A stretch of DNA of 64,000 bases from Heptranchias perlo (taxonomy: Eukaryota), in contig NC_090339.1 of NCBI RefSeq assembly GCF_035084215.1, positions 12,152,001-12,216,000 on the forward strand, written 5' to 3'. Below are positions 26,279 through 39,380 of the stretch, piece by piece. Made by a program: the position numbers and the translations under genes. Numbering within the stretch: the first letter of the stretch is position 1; every line of letters begins with the position of its first letter. Under the pieces are notes generated by a model. The model searched no databases. It saw nothing but the letters and a program-made list of their open reading frames with translations, and was not told the origin of the DNA.

Positions 26279-27380
26279 TATAGATCTTGGAAATGTGCTT
26301 TGTGGAAAAAAATAGAGAATTAAAAGCTTCTGGCGTAATTGTTACTTAGTCTGCTGTTCATTTCTCCCTCACTGTTCAACAATTGTCTCGGTCTTGGCAG
26401 CCTTTGTCATCTGTTCATTATGAAAGCAAAGCTGAATCTCTTTGAATTGCTGCAGAAATTTGCTCTACTTTGCTCGAGGGAATGTGTGGAATGAGTCATT
26501 CGCATGTGGAATACACTTTGCACGATACGCACCTGAAATAAGATACTGGGAAAGGAAGCCAGGAATGCATTTGAGGCAAACCACAAACCTCAAGCATTAA
26601 GCCAGATGTTGAATGTACAGCGCAATACAAGACAGCTGTTTCCTGATTGATGGCTTTGAAGGGGAAAACAATTGAGTGATTTGGTCATCTGCTGCTGTGA
26701 GGGTTGGTTTGAAACCGGTAGTTGTTCCTACCTGTGCACTAGTTTTGACTGATTTTTGTTTTGCTCCTGATTTATATTTGAGCAAATCGGCATGGTTAGC
26801 TTATTGAGGCAATCTTGTGTAGTGTGACCGTTTCAAGCAGGACCTGATGTAAGTTTCCCATTCACTGCTGACGCACACTAGAAGCAAGACTTCTGCCAAT
26901 ATAAATAAAGCATTGGTTTATTTTGAAAGGTATGGTTGAGTGCCAGTGTTGCCGCTATTCATAAACCGGATAAAGATACCAGGAATTCTTCCAGTTACAG
27001 GGCAATACCTCTACTGGGCGTAGCCATGTAGCTGGGTTTCCCCTGAGTGTTTATTATGTTCATATAAAGCCAAACCTGTCTTATATATTACTCCGGGGGC
27101 CTCCAAAGTATTTAATATGCAGCTCATTTTAGCCACCTTAAGAGTCATTGGTATTAGTGAGATTTCTCAGTAGTTTTCAAACTCACTAGAATCTCCCTTG
27201 TGGGTTGAAACCCCATCTGCACTCTGGAACACCAAGGTTACACATGCCTCAAAACAGAATCTGATACACCAACCTCGGAAAGGTAACCACAAGACTAGTC
27301 GGTGGTTCGTGAAACTGCTCTCCACGACCACACCACCCCCCCACCCCCCAATAATCTTCACCAAGAGCAGCTGTTCTGGA

Positions 27381-27760
27381 TTCACTTCAGTGCAGTACTT
27401 GGGGGAGTGCTGCACTGTTGGAGGTGCTGTCTTTCGGATGAGACGTTAAACCAAGTGTTAAACCAAATGTAAAATCAAGATGAGACGTCTGCCCTCTCAG
27501 CTGGATGTAAGAGATCCCATGGCAGGGGAGTTCACCCTGCGTCCTGGTGAATATTTATTCCTCAACCAACATTAAAAAAACAGGTTATCTGGTCATTATC
27601 TCATTGCAGTTTGTGGGATCTTACTGTGTGCAAATTAGCTGCCATGTTTCTGCACATTACAACAGTGGCCATGCTTCAAAACTACCTTGTTGATTGTGAA
27701 GTGTTTTTGGACATCCTGAGGTCATGAAAGGTGGAAAATAAATGCTAGCACTTTCTTTTA
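27381..27760 (+). mobile_element. Deu-domain SINE, head missing
   Basis: GATGAGACGTTAAACC...GATCCCATGGCA...TCCTGAGGTCATGAAAGG. Confidence 0.75.
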
Positions 27761-29796
27761 GCATATATACTCTCCATGCTACCGCCATTCGTTAAATGAA
27801 GCGGTGTTGAGATCATTTCCTCTGACTGAATTAGTTCTTTAAGACCTTCCATCCTTCAGCAGCATTTTCTACCTCGATGTATCTTGTTGGGTCAGATGTC
27901 AACTCAGTAACGTGCTCTCTTCAGATCCTGAAGGTACTACTATGGATTTATTGGAGAGCACTGGCCCAGTCAATCATTGGCACAAGGCTAGAGGAACTCT
28001 TTTTTTGAGCATGACTGACAATGGACTTTAGCCAATGGGATAAATGATTTCAGATGATTTTAGTGTAATTGTATGCCTTTGCTGATGAATGCAACGCACT
28101 AATGGTGCTTCACCTGCTTAATGGCCCCGCCTGGCCTTGTGACTTGCTGCATCTTCATCTACTTTTGCAGCTCAGTGCTGTGCTCACCCGATGTCCAAAG
28201 TGAGACACTTCTAGCAGGGGTCACTGGATAGAAATGAGGTGTGGGAACCGTGGTCAATTTTCTCTTCTCTAACTTAAGGGGCGCTCAGGCCACATGTAAC
28301 ACCATTACTGACACCGAGGCTAAGTGATTGAACCTGAGATTTTTTTCTGGGCTGTGAGACTCTTAGTGAGCTGATCCAATGGGGAAATATTAAAAATGTG
28401 AAATTGAATTAAAAGTAAAAGTAAAAAGGGAGAGAAAGAAATCTAAGAGCTATAATACTCGAATCCAATGACCCATGTCTGCTGGGAACAGATATTGGGA
28501 AGTTGTGTACTCACAGCCCATGGTTTTTAGTTCACTCTCTTAATTCAAAACCTCTTAACTATCTGATGATTTGATTTTTTTTGTACTAAATTCCCTCTTT
28601 TTCCTGTTATTTATATTGCTAAATTCAAGTTACTGGGTAATTCAATTTTGTCTTTTAGCGTGAAAAAGAACACTGAATTATCAGGAGTAGACTGTATTTA
28701 AATGGGTGGGAAAGTCACACGCCAGGAGCAGTGAAGTGGGAAACCTGCCCTCTGAAATCTATTACCATTTAAATAACGCTACTTAAGGGTACACTAATAC
28801 GGTGATATTTAAAATCTCCCCATTATCAATTCTGCAGGATTTCCACATCTCTGAGGGACAGGAACAGGAATCAATGTAATAGTGCTTTGAATTTTTTTTC
28901 CTGGCAGTGCTGAATTTGATAACAGCACCTTGGAGGCAATGTTCGAGTTCTCTTGCAGCTAAATCACTCAATTACTGTCCATTGATTTGATTTACTTTTC
29001 ATATTTTTTTAATCTACTCGCTCATACTCTCTGTGCTAGATCATTTTCACTCTCTCTCGATTGAGCCTCTTACGCACTCTGTACTGCTTCATTTATTCAT
29101 ACACACACACACACACACACACCTCTCTCTCTTTCCAGCTTTGCTCCTTTATGCTACCTGCGTTTACCTAGCACCTTATTTTGAAATATGTCCAATCAGT
29201 CCACACGCTGAAGAGTAACTTTTGCAACCTCCCCATGCTGTCTCCAGGGGCATCGTTAGTGTAGGTTGGTGGTGGTAAAATCGGCGCCTGGTTTGGAATG
29301 CGGACGATTTTTGCGAGGTGCGATTTGAGCCACATCAAACTTCACACCCCCCACCCTGCTATCTCCTTTTACATATTTAAAAGAGGCCGGAGAGATCCCA
29401 GGGCAGAATTTCCGGATTTGGGCGAGGCTCTGCCAACCGGATTAGCTTCGCCAGTAAAAACCCCGCGCAGAGCTGACGTACCAAGTGAGACCTACTCAGT
29501 AGGTCTACATAAAGCTGGGTCGCAGATAATTTTGGCTTCATGTTCAATGATTTTTTTTTTTTTGGTTTGTTGCCGGGAGCACCAGTGAGGGGCCTGCATG
29601 TTTCACGGTGCTTATATCTTTAGGGCTCCTCGGTGATGTCCTCTCGCATAAACAATCACTTTTGTTGTGCCGTAGCTGTCATTAAAGTGACATACTGCTA
29701 ACAGCAACCTGAACAGCAGAAGGGAGGGTGGGTCCTGGCTCGGTCACCTCCCATGTTCTGGATGGGGAGAACCTGGCGTCAGCAGAACCACATCAA

Positions 29797-30190
29797 GTTA
29801 ATTAGTTCGAAGCTCCTGTGCCTAATGGCACAAGAGGCAACCCATTTCCTCCACTCATGTCTGTCCACAGCAAGATACTTTAACTCCATCGGCATATCAT
29901 GTTGCATTACATCCACCAGATTGTGGTACTCCACAGTTCATCTTTACATTTGTATGTCTCATCTAGTTCCTTGGGTTGTTTTTGTATTTACAGCCATTTT
30001 TGCGTGGACAAGTCGGTATCCTGACTCTCAATCCCCTACCAGGAGGATCGGTGGACGGCCTTTAGTTTGGCTCCTACCTTTCCATGTGTTTGGCTTAGGT
30101 GTCCCCACCAGGAGTTATACTCCCACCAGTATAGCTCTCGGGGTCATAGGAGCTCATAAACCATCTGACCGTGTCGAGGTGCAGCCCCTG
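29797..30190 (-). mobile_element. Internally deleted RTE-clade element (5' UTR joined to 3' end)
   Basis: Minus strand begins GGGGCTGCACCTCGACACGG...ATGACCCCGAGAGCTATACTGG (RTE-like 5' UTR) and ends with ELKYLAVDRHEWRKWVASCAIRH (RTE-like ORF end). Confidence 0.55.
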
Positions 30191-33100
30191 TGATAGGCAC
30201 ACCAAGGCAGGAGGGGAGTGGGGTCATGATATTGAAGCAGGGATAGTGACCGCAAACTGTCATTTGGAATTACTTCCAGTAAGCAATACTTCCTCCCACC
30301 TACCTTTCATTCAAACTGTGATATCCCATACACAGTACACTCCCAGTTCTCAATCTGACCTGCCAGGCAACCCATTGTTCCATGCACTTACAACTGTCGA
30401 CCCACCCTACTCCAAAACAGCACTGAAACCACAAGCACAGCTGAAAAGAAAGTTTATTGGTGTGCCTACACAAAATGACCTTTTCTATTTCCTACCCTCT
30501 CGTGTTTCCCCTTGCTGACTGAAGTAAGCATGTGGCACATTCAAAATTTTCACTGTTGAGGCTTGAATCATCTTTGACCTACAGTTACTGTTGTTATGGA
30601 GGCAAATGGGCAGCCATTCTATGCCAGCAATATCCTTCATGCAACAGGAGATGAGGGATCAGTTTTTCTGTTTTTTGGTTAAGCTAAGACAGTGGGACAT
30701 CTCAAACGGATCTAACGTCCACCCAAACCATTGGAATGAGCAGACAGATCCTTGGTTTATCATGTCATCTTTGACAGTACAGCAGTCCCTCAGTACTGCA
30801 CTGGAGCTTCAGCCTAGATTATGGGGCTCACCCACAGCCTTCTTGGATCGAGGAGATATGCTATCAATTGAACCAAGCCGAAACCTAAATCCTATTTATT
30901 CAGCTGTCCTGCCTTTCTTTATGTCCTCTTCCAGTCGCACTCTGTTTTCCTCTTTACCTTTTTTATTCTTGTCAGCATTCAGATGGTCACATGCCTTACT
31001 AAGATCTGTGAATAAGATTAATAAATAATTGCCAGACTACAGTGCCTTGACTGAAATGAAGCAGCTGTGAGTCCCCACCCTCCTGAAACAGGACCCCTCT
31101 CAATTTCCCACTCTGTGTGAGGAGAAATCCATTAACTCAAGTCATGTCCCAAGACAAATTTGTTTTAAATTAAATGTTTCTCCTTCTAGTTTTGTAATTG
31201 GATACTAACTACTAATTGAAAGCAGTTAACCTTGAATAGTACACACAGGACCAAAGAGAATCAATAATGTAAATTTTTCACATGAAACCGTAAAGCAAAG
31301 CAATTGCTTGTCAATATCCATTTAATTAGCAAATGAGGCACTCCCCCCTCCCCCTCCCAAATCCATCTCGATCACTTTAAAGAAAAGAAACTGATGTACA
31401 GTGTAAAACCCCATGTAAGCATTGGATAATAGGGAGGGAAGGAAGGCGGAGTGTTTACAACTTATTTCAAAACAACTCCAACATAATTTTATTAACAATG
31501 ATATAAGTCACAAGCAGCACTTAACTTTCTCGCACACTATCTCTTTGTGTTCTTGCTCTCTCTATCGCTCTAGTAAATTCTGGAGTGACAGGTTTACAAC
31601 ATGATGCCAACGGTAGATTCATGCACAAGAGTAACTCCTACGTTTTGGATTAAGTTGGTGGCAGGACAGTTACTTAATTGTGACTTTCTCAGGTTGTATA
31701 ACAACAATCCTGTTTGAAGCACTATGAGATGGCTTCAAGAAATAAGGTGATGTATGAATGCCAAGTGTTTATTTTTTCTATGCTGCCAGAGGTTTAAATT
31801 CACCATCACTCTAGCCTATTAAAATAATAGTCAAACGGTGGCATCTCTATGATGAAACCCTAGCGACCTACATCATGTGGAGACAACGTAAAGAATAACA
31901 CAATATCTGTCCAGTTGTCACAGGCAGGAAAAGCACTAAAACAGCCATCATTCATTATGCATGGAGAGCAGGGTGACTAATGGGGCTGTGAACATCTTGT
32001 GATCTGGAGCTAGAATAGGTCCAGCGGCTGACGACATTTGATGAGCAGGTAGCTGAACTGAAAGCACTGAATCGATCCCTGCTCTGGTTTTGTTCTTCGT
32101 TGCACTGCAGTGCAGTTCAGCATGCCTGAGGTACCTAGAACTAGATTGCCAAACGCACTCGGGTGCATTTACACTTAACCTTAGCATCAGTACAAAGCGG
32201 TTTTGATTTGCACTGACATTACAGTTATAGTGTATATGCAACCTGAATCCAGAGTCAGGACCCTACCTGACACCGCAGTGAAGAGGTGTAACACTCTCTG
32301 GGGACGGTTGTCTCAATCCAATTTGTTTCAGAGTCAGTTTGGGCTTTGACACCCGATGTTACAGTGTGTAAGTTTAGCATTGTTGCAAAACCAAAATCAC
32401 TTTGGATCGACACTAAACTTGCAATGTGAATACACTATCGGGGAGCTCCCAAGGGACACTCGTGTAGGAAATGGAAAAATGCACGCTGGTGTGGTAGAAA
32501 TAAAGTCAGGGCTAAAGGCTCTTTGTTAGGACAGAGTAGAGGGAGCTATGTTTCATATATGGCCGTGCTTTTCTGGCCTGCCAGTGTTTGATTATGACTG
32601 CTGGTGATTAAAATGCTTTTTTAAAACTAATTGTCTGTATTGACATCTTTTTCTTTTGAGCACAAAATATCCCTCCTGCGAGATTCAAAACCCCTTTAAC
32701 AAAAGACATTTGAAGGAAAGGGTTAACTGTGCCCCATTTAAACAAAAACATTTGAAAACCTGCAAACACAGTAATGTAGTAAACTGTGTTCTCGCAAATC
32801 CTGTTTTCCCTCAATGCTCTGATGGCATTAGAGAAGTATGAGTTTCAGGATCGAAGACATTGAACTGTGGATAGATATCTAGATTATTAAATAAATAAGC
32901 TGGATGGATGATATTGAGTTGAAAGGGTTGTCAGGCTTTTAAAACACATAGGATTTTGGAAGCACAAGCTTTTCAACCTGGCAGGGTAATGTAAGAGAAG
33001 GCAACAAGGGCATATATCAAAGTCTTCGGATCAGGAAAGCAATGATAGTGTGAAAAGACATGGGCCTCTCATTCCTATCTGGTAATCTGTTCAAAGAATT

Positions 33101-34189
33101 GGGATTTGTAAAACATCAAATAGGATTGCACCAGCAAATGGTCAAATGGTATAAGGATTGGATTTGAAGCCATTGAAAGAATGAAAATTGGAGACACGAG
33201 GACCATTAAGAATGTCTGTGTATAGAAATGAAAGGGGGTTATCGCTACATGAAAGGCCATAAACAGACCTAGTAAAGGGGCCTTTTACATTCCATGGTTC
33301 GAGCACATGGTCTTTTCTACATCAAAGGGTCTCCAGTCACATGATCAAAACCTAAACTGTCAATCATTCAGGTATGTTAATCATTGAGGCATAGCCGCAG
33401 GGAGCGATTGGAGAAAAAGAATGACCCTCCCCCAATCCTACGTCCTATTGGTAAAAACAATATAAAAGGAGACTTTGAGAGAAGAAGTCTCTCCACCACC
33501 CGGCAGTCACAAGGAACGTACATTACAGTTGAACATCACGCGAGAAGAAGAGGACCTCGTGGACTGGAGAGCTGATCAACCTTCAGGCCCGATGAGCAAA
33601 ATCCTTGGTTTAAGGTTATATGTATTTAATGATTTGCCTGATGTGTATGAATTGTTGAGTCATTAAATAATAATGTTGCCAATTATTAAGCATGAAACGG
33701 GATTTTATAGAGGAAAGTCATATGTATGGCTTGATTTTGCTTCATGCTCGTATCAATTATAACGTTAAATAATTATTTTTGATTAACGAAACTACCGTGA
33801 GTAAGGGTGACTTTCTCTGCTTGACTATTTGTCCAGTTCCAAGAATCACAAAAATTAAGGATTGCCCTACACCTCTCAAAAAAAAAGTAACTTTCAAAAT
33901 AACTTTGAACATTTTACTTTCATTTAAAAAAAATCATTCTTGGGATGTGGGCGTCATTGGTCAGTATTTATTGCTGATCCATAGTTGCCCTTGAGTTGGT
34001 GGTGGTGGACCTTCTACTTGAACTTCTTAAGTCCGTGTGGTGAAGGTGCTCCCGCAACTCTGTTAGATAGGGCATTCTACGATTTTGACCCAGCGATGAT
34101 GAAGGATGTTTAATAATATTTATTCTTCCCCGGGACAAACAACAAAATTGCAGTCTCCATGATGCCAAGTGCCACTGACCACATTATCG

Positions 34190-34546
34190 TAAAGAAAGAC
34201 GTGCATTTACAAAGTGCTTTTCATGACCTCAGGAGGTCCCAGAGCACTTTACAGCCAGTCAAGTACTTTTGAAATGTAGGAAACTCGGCAGCCAATTTGC
34301 GCACAGACCCCACAAACAGCAATTTGATAATGATCAGGTAATCTGTTTTAGTGATGTTGGTTGAGGGATACATATTGGCCAGGACACTGGGGTGAACTCC
34401 CCTGCTCTTCTTTGAAATACTGTCATGGGATCTTTTATGCACACCTGAGATGGCAGATGGGGCCTTGACTAAAAGCCTCATCTGACAGTGCAGTACTCCT
34501 TCAGTACTGCACTGAAGTGTCAGCCCAGATTGTGCTCAAGTTTCTG
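34190..34546 (-). mobile_element. Deu-domain SINE
   Basis: Reverse complement of the 34850-35235 family sequence. Confidence 0.8.
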
Positions 34547-34781
34547 GATGATATTATGTAATTAAGGTGCAGCTTGTACTCTGTAGAAATTGAATAATTT
34601 TACTGGTCCTAATAAAAGGTTACACCTGAAACATTGACTCATCTTTCTCCTTTAGATGCTGATTGACCTGTTGAGGTCTGCAGCATTTTCTGGTTTTATT
34701 CTTTGTCATGCAGAGAAGGCCAAGCACAGCCTCAATGTGATTACCTCTGAATCTGTTGTCTTGAAACATAAATATGAACTA

Positions 34782-35240
34782 GGCCGTGGCTCAGTTGATA
34801 GTACTCTTGCCTCTAAGTCAGAAGGTTGTGGGTTCAAATCCCACTCCAGGGACTTGAGCACATAGTCTAGACTGACACTTCAGTGCACTGCTGAGGAAAT
34901 GCTGCACTGTCAAAGGTGTTGTCTTTCCAGATGAGACATTAAACCAAAGCACCATTTGCCCCTGGGTTGGATATAAAAGATCCCATGGCACTATTCGAAG
35001 AAAACTAGGGACATTCTCCCCAGTGTCCTGGCTAATATTTATCCCTCAACCAACATCACTAAAACAGATTATCTGGTCATTATCTCATTGCTGTTTGTGG
35101 GACTTTGCTGTGCGCAAATTAGCTGCCGTGTTTCCTACATTACAACAGTGACTACACTTCAAAAGATCTTCATTGGTTGTAAAGCACTTTGGGACGTCCT
35201 GAGGTCATGAAAGATGCTATATAAATGAAGTCTTTGTTTC
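34782..35240 (+). mobile_element. Full-length Deu-domain tRNA-derived SINE (SacSINE1-like)
   Basis: A-box TGGCTCAGTTG, B-box GGTTCAAATCC, core TAAAAGATCCCATGGCACTATT, tail shared with the L2 end at 36740-36802. Confidence 0.88.
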
Positions 35241-35882
35241 CTTTAGGCCCAGAGTCTTCATCTTTAGTGACAAAATGTACTTTGGTTACAGAAATAATAA
35301 GTAGAATTATACTTTAGTTTGTGCAGGCACATTCTGATATCGGTGAATGATTGTGCCAATCTTCCATTACTCTGAACCAACAACGGACTAATTATTGTGC
35401 CTGAAACTTAATTCTATTTATTACATCAAAGCCACCTCATTGTTGGGGTAGTGACCTGTTTTATACAGTTTGTTGCATCAGTAGGTATTTTGCCATTGTT
35501 TATGGTAGATCCTTCTGAAAACACTGTTGATCCCTGAAGGCAAATATTCAGCTGCTCCTTGTGAAGTGTTAAAGGTTAGCCACTGCGTAATAGGTGTGTT
35601 ATCCGAGTTCAAGATTATCCAATGTACGTAGCAGCTTAAAAAGAAATGAACTTACCGAACAATGGAATCATTTTACCTTCAGTAAATGTGTAACACACTA
35701 AAGCAAAAGAGATATCTTAATTACTGTGTATTCTCAGATGACATGTTAGATTATGCAGTGTTTTTCACAGCCTATGTAATTGTGCATTAGGTTGTGGGAA
35801 CACAGTGGTTTAAAGTTTCAGATCTGTGAGTGTATCTTATTTATGGAATAGCACAGCATGTTGCTAAGAGCAGCTGTACGCA

Positions 35883-36802
35883 GCATGTACGCTGATGACA
35901 CCCAGCTCTACCTCACCACCACCTCTCTCGAAACCTCCACTGTCTCTGATTTGTCACACTGCTTATACGACATCCAGTACTGGATGAGCAGAAATTTCCT
36001 CCAACTAAATATTGGGAAGATTGTCTTTGGTCCCAACCACAAACTCCGTTCCCTAGCCACCGACTCCACCCCTCTCCCTGGTCGCTCTCTGAGGCTGAAC
36101 CAGACTGTTCACAACCTCGGCGTCCTATTTGACCTTTAGATGAGCTTCTGACCACATATCCGCTCCATCACCAAGACCGCCTACTTCCATCTCCGTAACA
36201 TCGCCCGTCTCCGCCCCTGCCTCATCTCATCTGCTGCTGAAACCGTCATCCATGCCTTTGTTACCTCTAGACTTGGTTATTCCAATACTCTCCTGGCAGG
36301 CCTTCCACCCTCCAGAAATTTGAGCTCATCCAGAACTCTGCTGCCCGTATCCTAACTCGCACCAAGTCCTGTTCACCCATCACTGCTGTGCTCGCTGATT
36401 TACATTGGCTCCTGGTCCGGCAATGCCTCGTTTTTAAAATTCTCATCCATGTTTTCAAATCCCTCCGTGGCCTCGCCCCTCCCTATCTCTGTAACCTCCT
36501 CCAGCCCTACAACCCTCCGAGATCTCTGCGCTTCTCCAATTCTGGCCTCATGCGCATCCCTGATTTTCATCGCTGTGCCTTCAACTGCCTAGGCCCTAAG
36601 CTCTGGAATTCCCTCCCTAAACCTCTCTGACTCTCTATCTCTCCTCCTTTAAGATGTGCCTTAAAACTATCTTTTGGCCACCTATCCTAATATCTCCTTA
36701 TGTGGCTCGTTGTCAAATTTTGTTTGATAGTCGCTTCTGTGAAGCGCCTTGGGACGTTTTACTACATTAAAGACGCTATATAAATGCAAGTTGTTGTTGT
36801 TG
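35883..36802 (+). mobile_element. L2 LINE, 5'-truncated
   Basis: MYADDTQLY, WMSRNFLQLN, LADLHWL; 3' GCTATATAAATGCAAG(TTG)n tail. Confidence 0.92.
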
Positions 36803-36980
36803 TAACTGCATAAAAAGGGTTTTGTCAGATAAAACTGCTCTTTTTGCACTCAATATATGAATACACGCTGTTTGCCATCATTGGGACCAGAAACCTAATT
36901 AAAGCTTAAGGTTTTTCTTGCAGGCTTGTGCTGTCACTAATTTACACATACCAATTTCAGACCAGTATTTGTAACGAGTG

Positions 36981-37312
36981 CGCCAAGGCTTCTTCGACAG
37001 CACCTCCCAAACCCGCGACCCCTACCACCTAGAAGGATAAGAGCAGCAGGCGCATGGAACAACACCACCTGCACGTTCCCCTCCAAGTCACACACCATCC
37101 CGACTTGGAAATATATCGCCGTTCCTTCATTGTCGCTGGGTCAAAATCCTGGAACTCCCTTCCTAACAGCACTGTGGGAGAACCGTCACCACACGGACTG
37201 CAGCAGTTCAAGAAGGCGGCTCACCACCACCTTCTCGAGGGCAATTAGGGGTGGGCAATAAATGCCGGCCTTGCCAGCGACGCCCACATCCCGTGAACGA
37301 ATAAAAAAAAAA
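36981..37312 (+). mobile_element. CR1-group LINE family B, 3' end
   Basis: Near-identical to 6168-6497, poly(A) tail. Confidence 0.92.
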
Positions 37313-38614
37313 TTAGATGGGTAAAACTAAGAATTGCAAGTGGCAATCTTAGTGGTTGAAAACTTAGTGCATTCACGTAACATCCATTTGGTTGACTTTT
37401 TTAAAGAGATGTTACCCATTTAAAATAAATGCTTTTGTTAAAATAATGATGGAGGAATGTCGTACGAAAGCTTTAAGCAGTTGTACGCTAATATTGCCAC
37501 GATAATCTGTACTCTACATTTCTTTTGCTCGTATAAAATTTTGGTGATGTGAAGGCCATTTTGTGATTTTTACGGAAATGCCCCAAAACCGGGATGTTGG
37601 TGTGACGATTCTTGTATGTCTGGTCCTCCTCAGGACAGCCTATTTGTCTGTCTGTGATGCAAAGTGGCAAAAACTAAAACTTGCAGGAAAAGCACAACTA
37701 AACTGGTCACCCAACTATCATCCAGCATGAGAGTAGATTGGCAAAACATCTCGAGTGCTGACTGTTGATTTCAGAGCTCATAATAGAAGAGAGAAGAAAG
37801 AACTTTCATTTATATAGTGCCTTTCATGACCTCAGGACATCCCAAAGAACAATAACAGACTGAAGCAAAATGAGGATATACCAAAAAGAATAAATGGAAA
37901 ATGATCATGAGAGATGGTAATAACTGAAACATGTTATATATCAGCATCTTTATTTAACATGCGTTGCTGAAGAGTACTGCATTGGATTAGACTGTGCCAA
38001 TAGGTGGTAGTAACAGACAACCAGGGCAATGTTTAACGCGGTGCTATTTTGTGCAAAATAGTGAACTTTTTGACTGTGATTAGCAAAATGGTCAGACAAG
38101 TTAAATATGGCCTGTCATTTCTGTTTTTTCCAGAAGTCATCTAAGTGACATAGAAAGAAAGCACTTGCCTTTACATAATGCCTTCTCACGCCCTCCGATG
38201 TCTCCAAACACTGTTGGATTTTGCTAGTACTCATTGTCCTCTTACTTTTTACAACAGTTTATTCTTCACTGCCATAAACTGAAATATTGCAACAAAACTA
38301 TTCCATGCTCAGTTACAAATGAAAGACGATTATTTTTTACTCATTGCTAATGCGAAGCACTGATTGTACTTTAATTAGTGATCAAATCTTCCTGTCGTTT
38401 GTGTTTACTGTACATCAAATAAAGATGAAACAGTAAAGAAATCCACCTTCCAGAATGAGGGTGGGAAAAGTACATTTAACTGACCATGAGGCTAGGATTG
38501 GTTGGCTGGGTTATTAATCATTTTATGAGCTATGTTTTGCAATGCTGAGCTCCAGGTGGAACTCAATTATCGGGTGTGACATTTTAACCTCTACGGGGCT
38601 CCACCAAAGACATT

Positions 38615-39380
38615 GGGGTAGAAATTGCTTGTGACAGCGCTCTCCGTTGTTAGTGGCGAAATGGAGGAGTAAGTTCCGCGTATGCACACGCCCATTGAAA
38701 AGCTGGAATCAGGAACTTGCTCCTACTGGTTTTCCGGCGATATGATAGCTTCAGATTAAAGGTATATCGCCGGCTGGAATCAGTGGAAATCATTGAAAAA
38801 GTGCAAATTTGCTCATCTGCCCAGCTGGAAAGCAACTAATATCGCCACCAAAACATGTACGCTTAAAAATACCAAGTCTAAACTAAGTTTTAACAATGCG
38901 GTAAGTCTTAGTGACTGACAAACAACTAAAAATTAACTTTTAAAAATGTGGAATCTCATTACTCCTTGTTACAATAGTTTCTGGTCATTAAAAATAAATT
39001 TTGTTTCAAAATTTAAAAATTAAATATTTTTTACCTTTTCCCTTTTGTCTCTTTTATTTAATTCAATTATTTCTTACCCACTTTTTTTCACTGTCTTTAA
39101 CTGTATTACAATGAATTTAACGTTGTAACTTTCACTTCCTGTTTTAATGTTCCAAGCCTGCAGAGAGAGTTACGCAGCTTGTCAAAAATGCTGTGATCTG
39201 ATCGGTTGAGGGGAGAGATCGATCCTCTTGCTTCTCCCATGGTCCTAGTTTCGCTTGAACTGTCGCTGGGCTCTTCTCCGCTTCCCATTCGAGGGAGTGC
39301 CTGAACAAAATTAGTGGGTCAGTATAAATCTATGGAGTGGCGAGCACAGTTGGTTCGCTGCTCTGAGCAATTTCTGCCCC
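38615..39380. mobile_element. MITE with 15-bp TIRs and 3-bp TSD (PIF/Harbinger-type)
   Basis: GGGGTAGAAATTGCT ... AGCAATTTCTGCCCC, flanked by ATT on both sides. Confidence 0.8.

Noticed and set aside
1-30000. ARL13-type host exons around the syntaxin, as for human STX19
   Set aside because: No GTPase motifs (GLDNAGKT, DLGG, NKQD) were seen in the ORF track or by eye; short exons could have been missed.
34782-34850. tRNA genes here and at ~25840 and ~10840-10925
   Set aside because: A/B boxes are present but continue directly into SINE bodies, with no intact cloverleaf.
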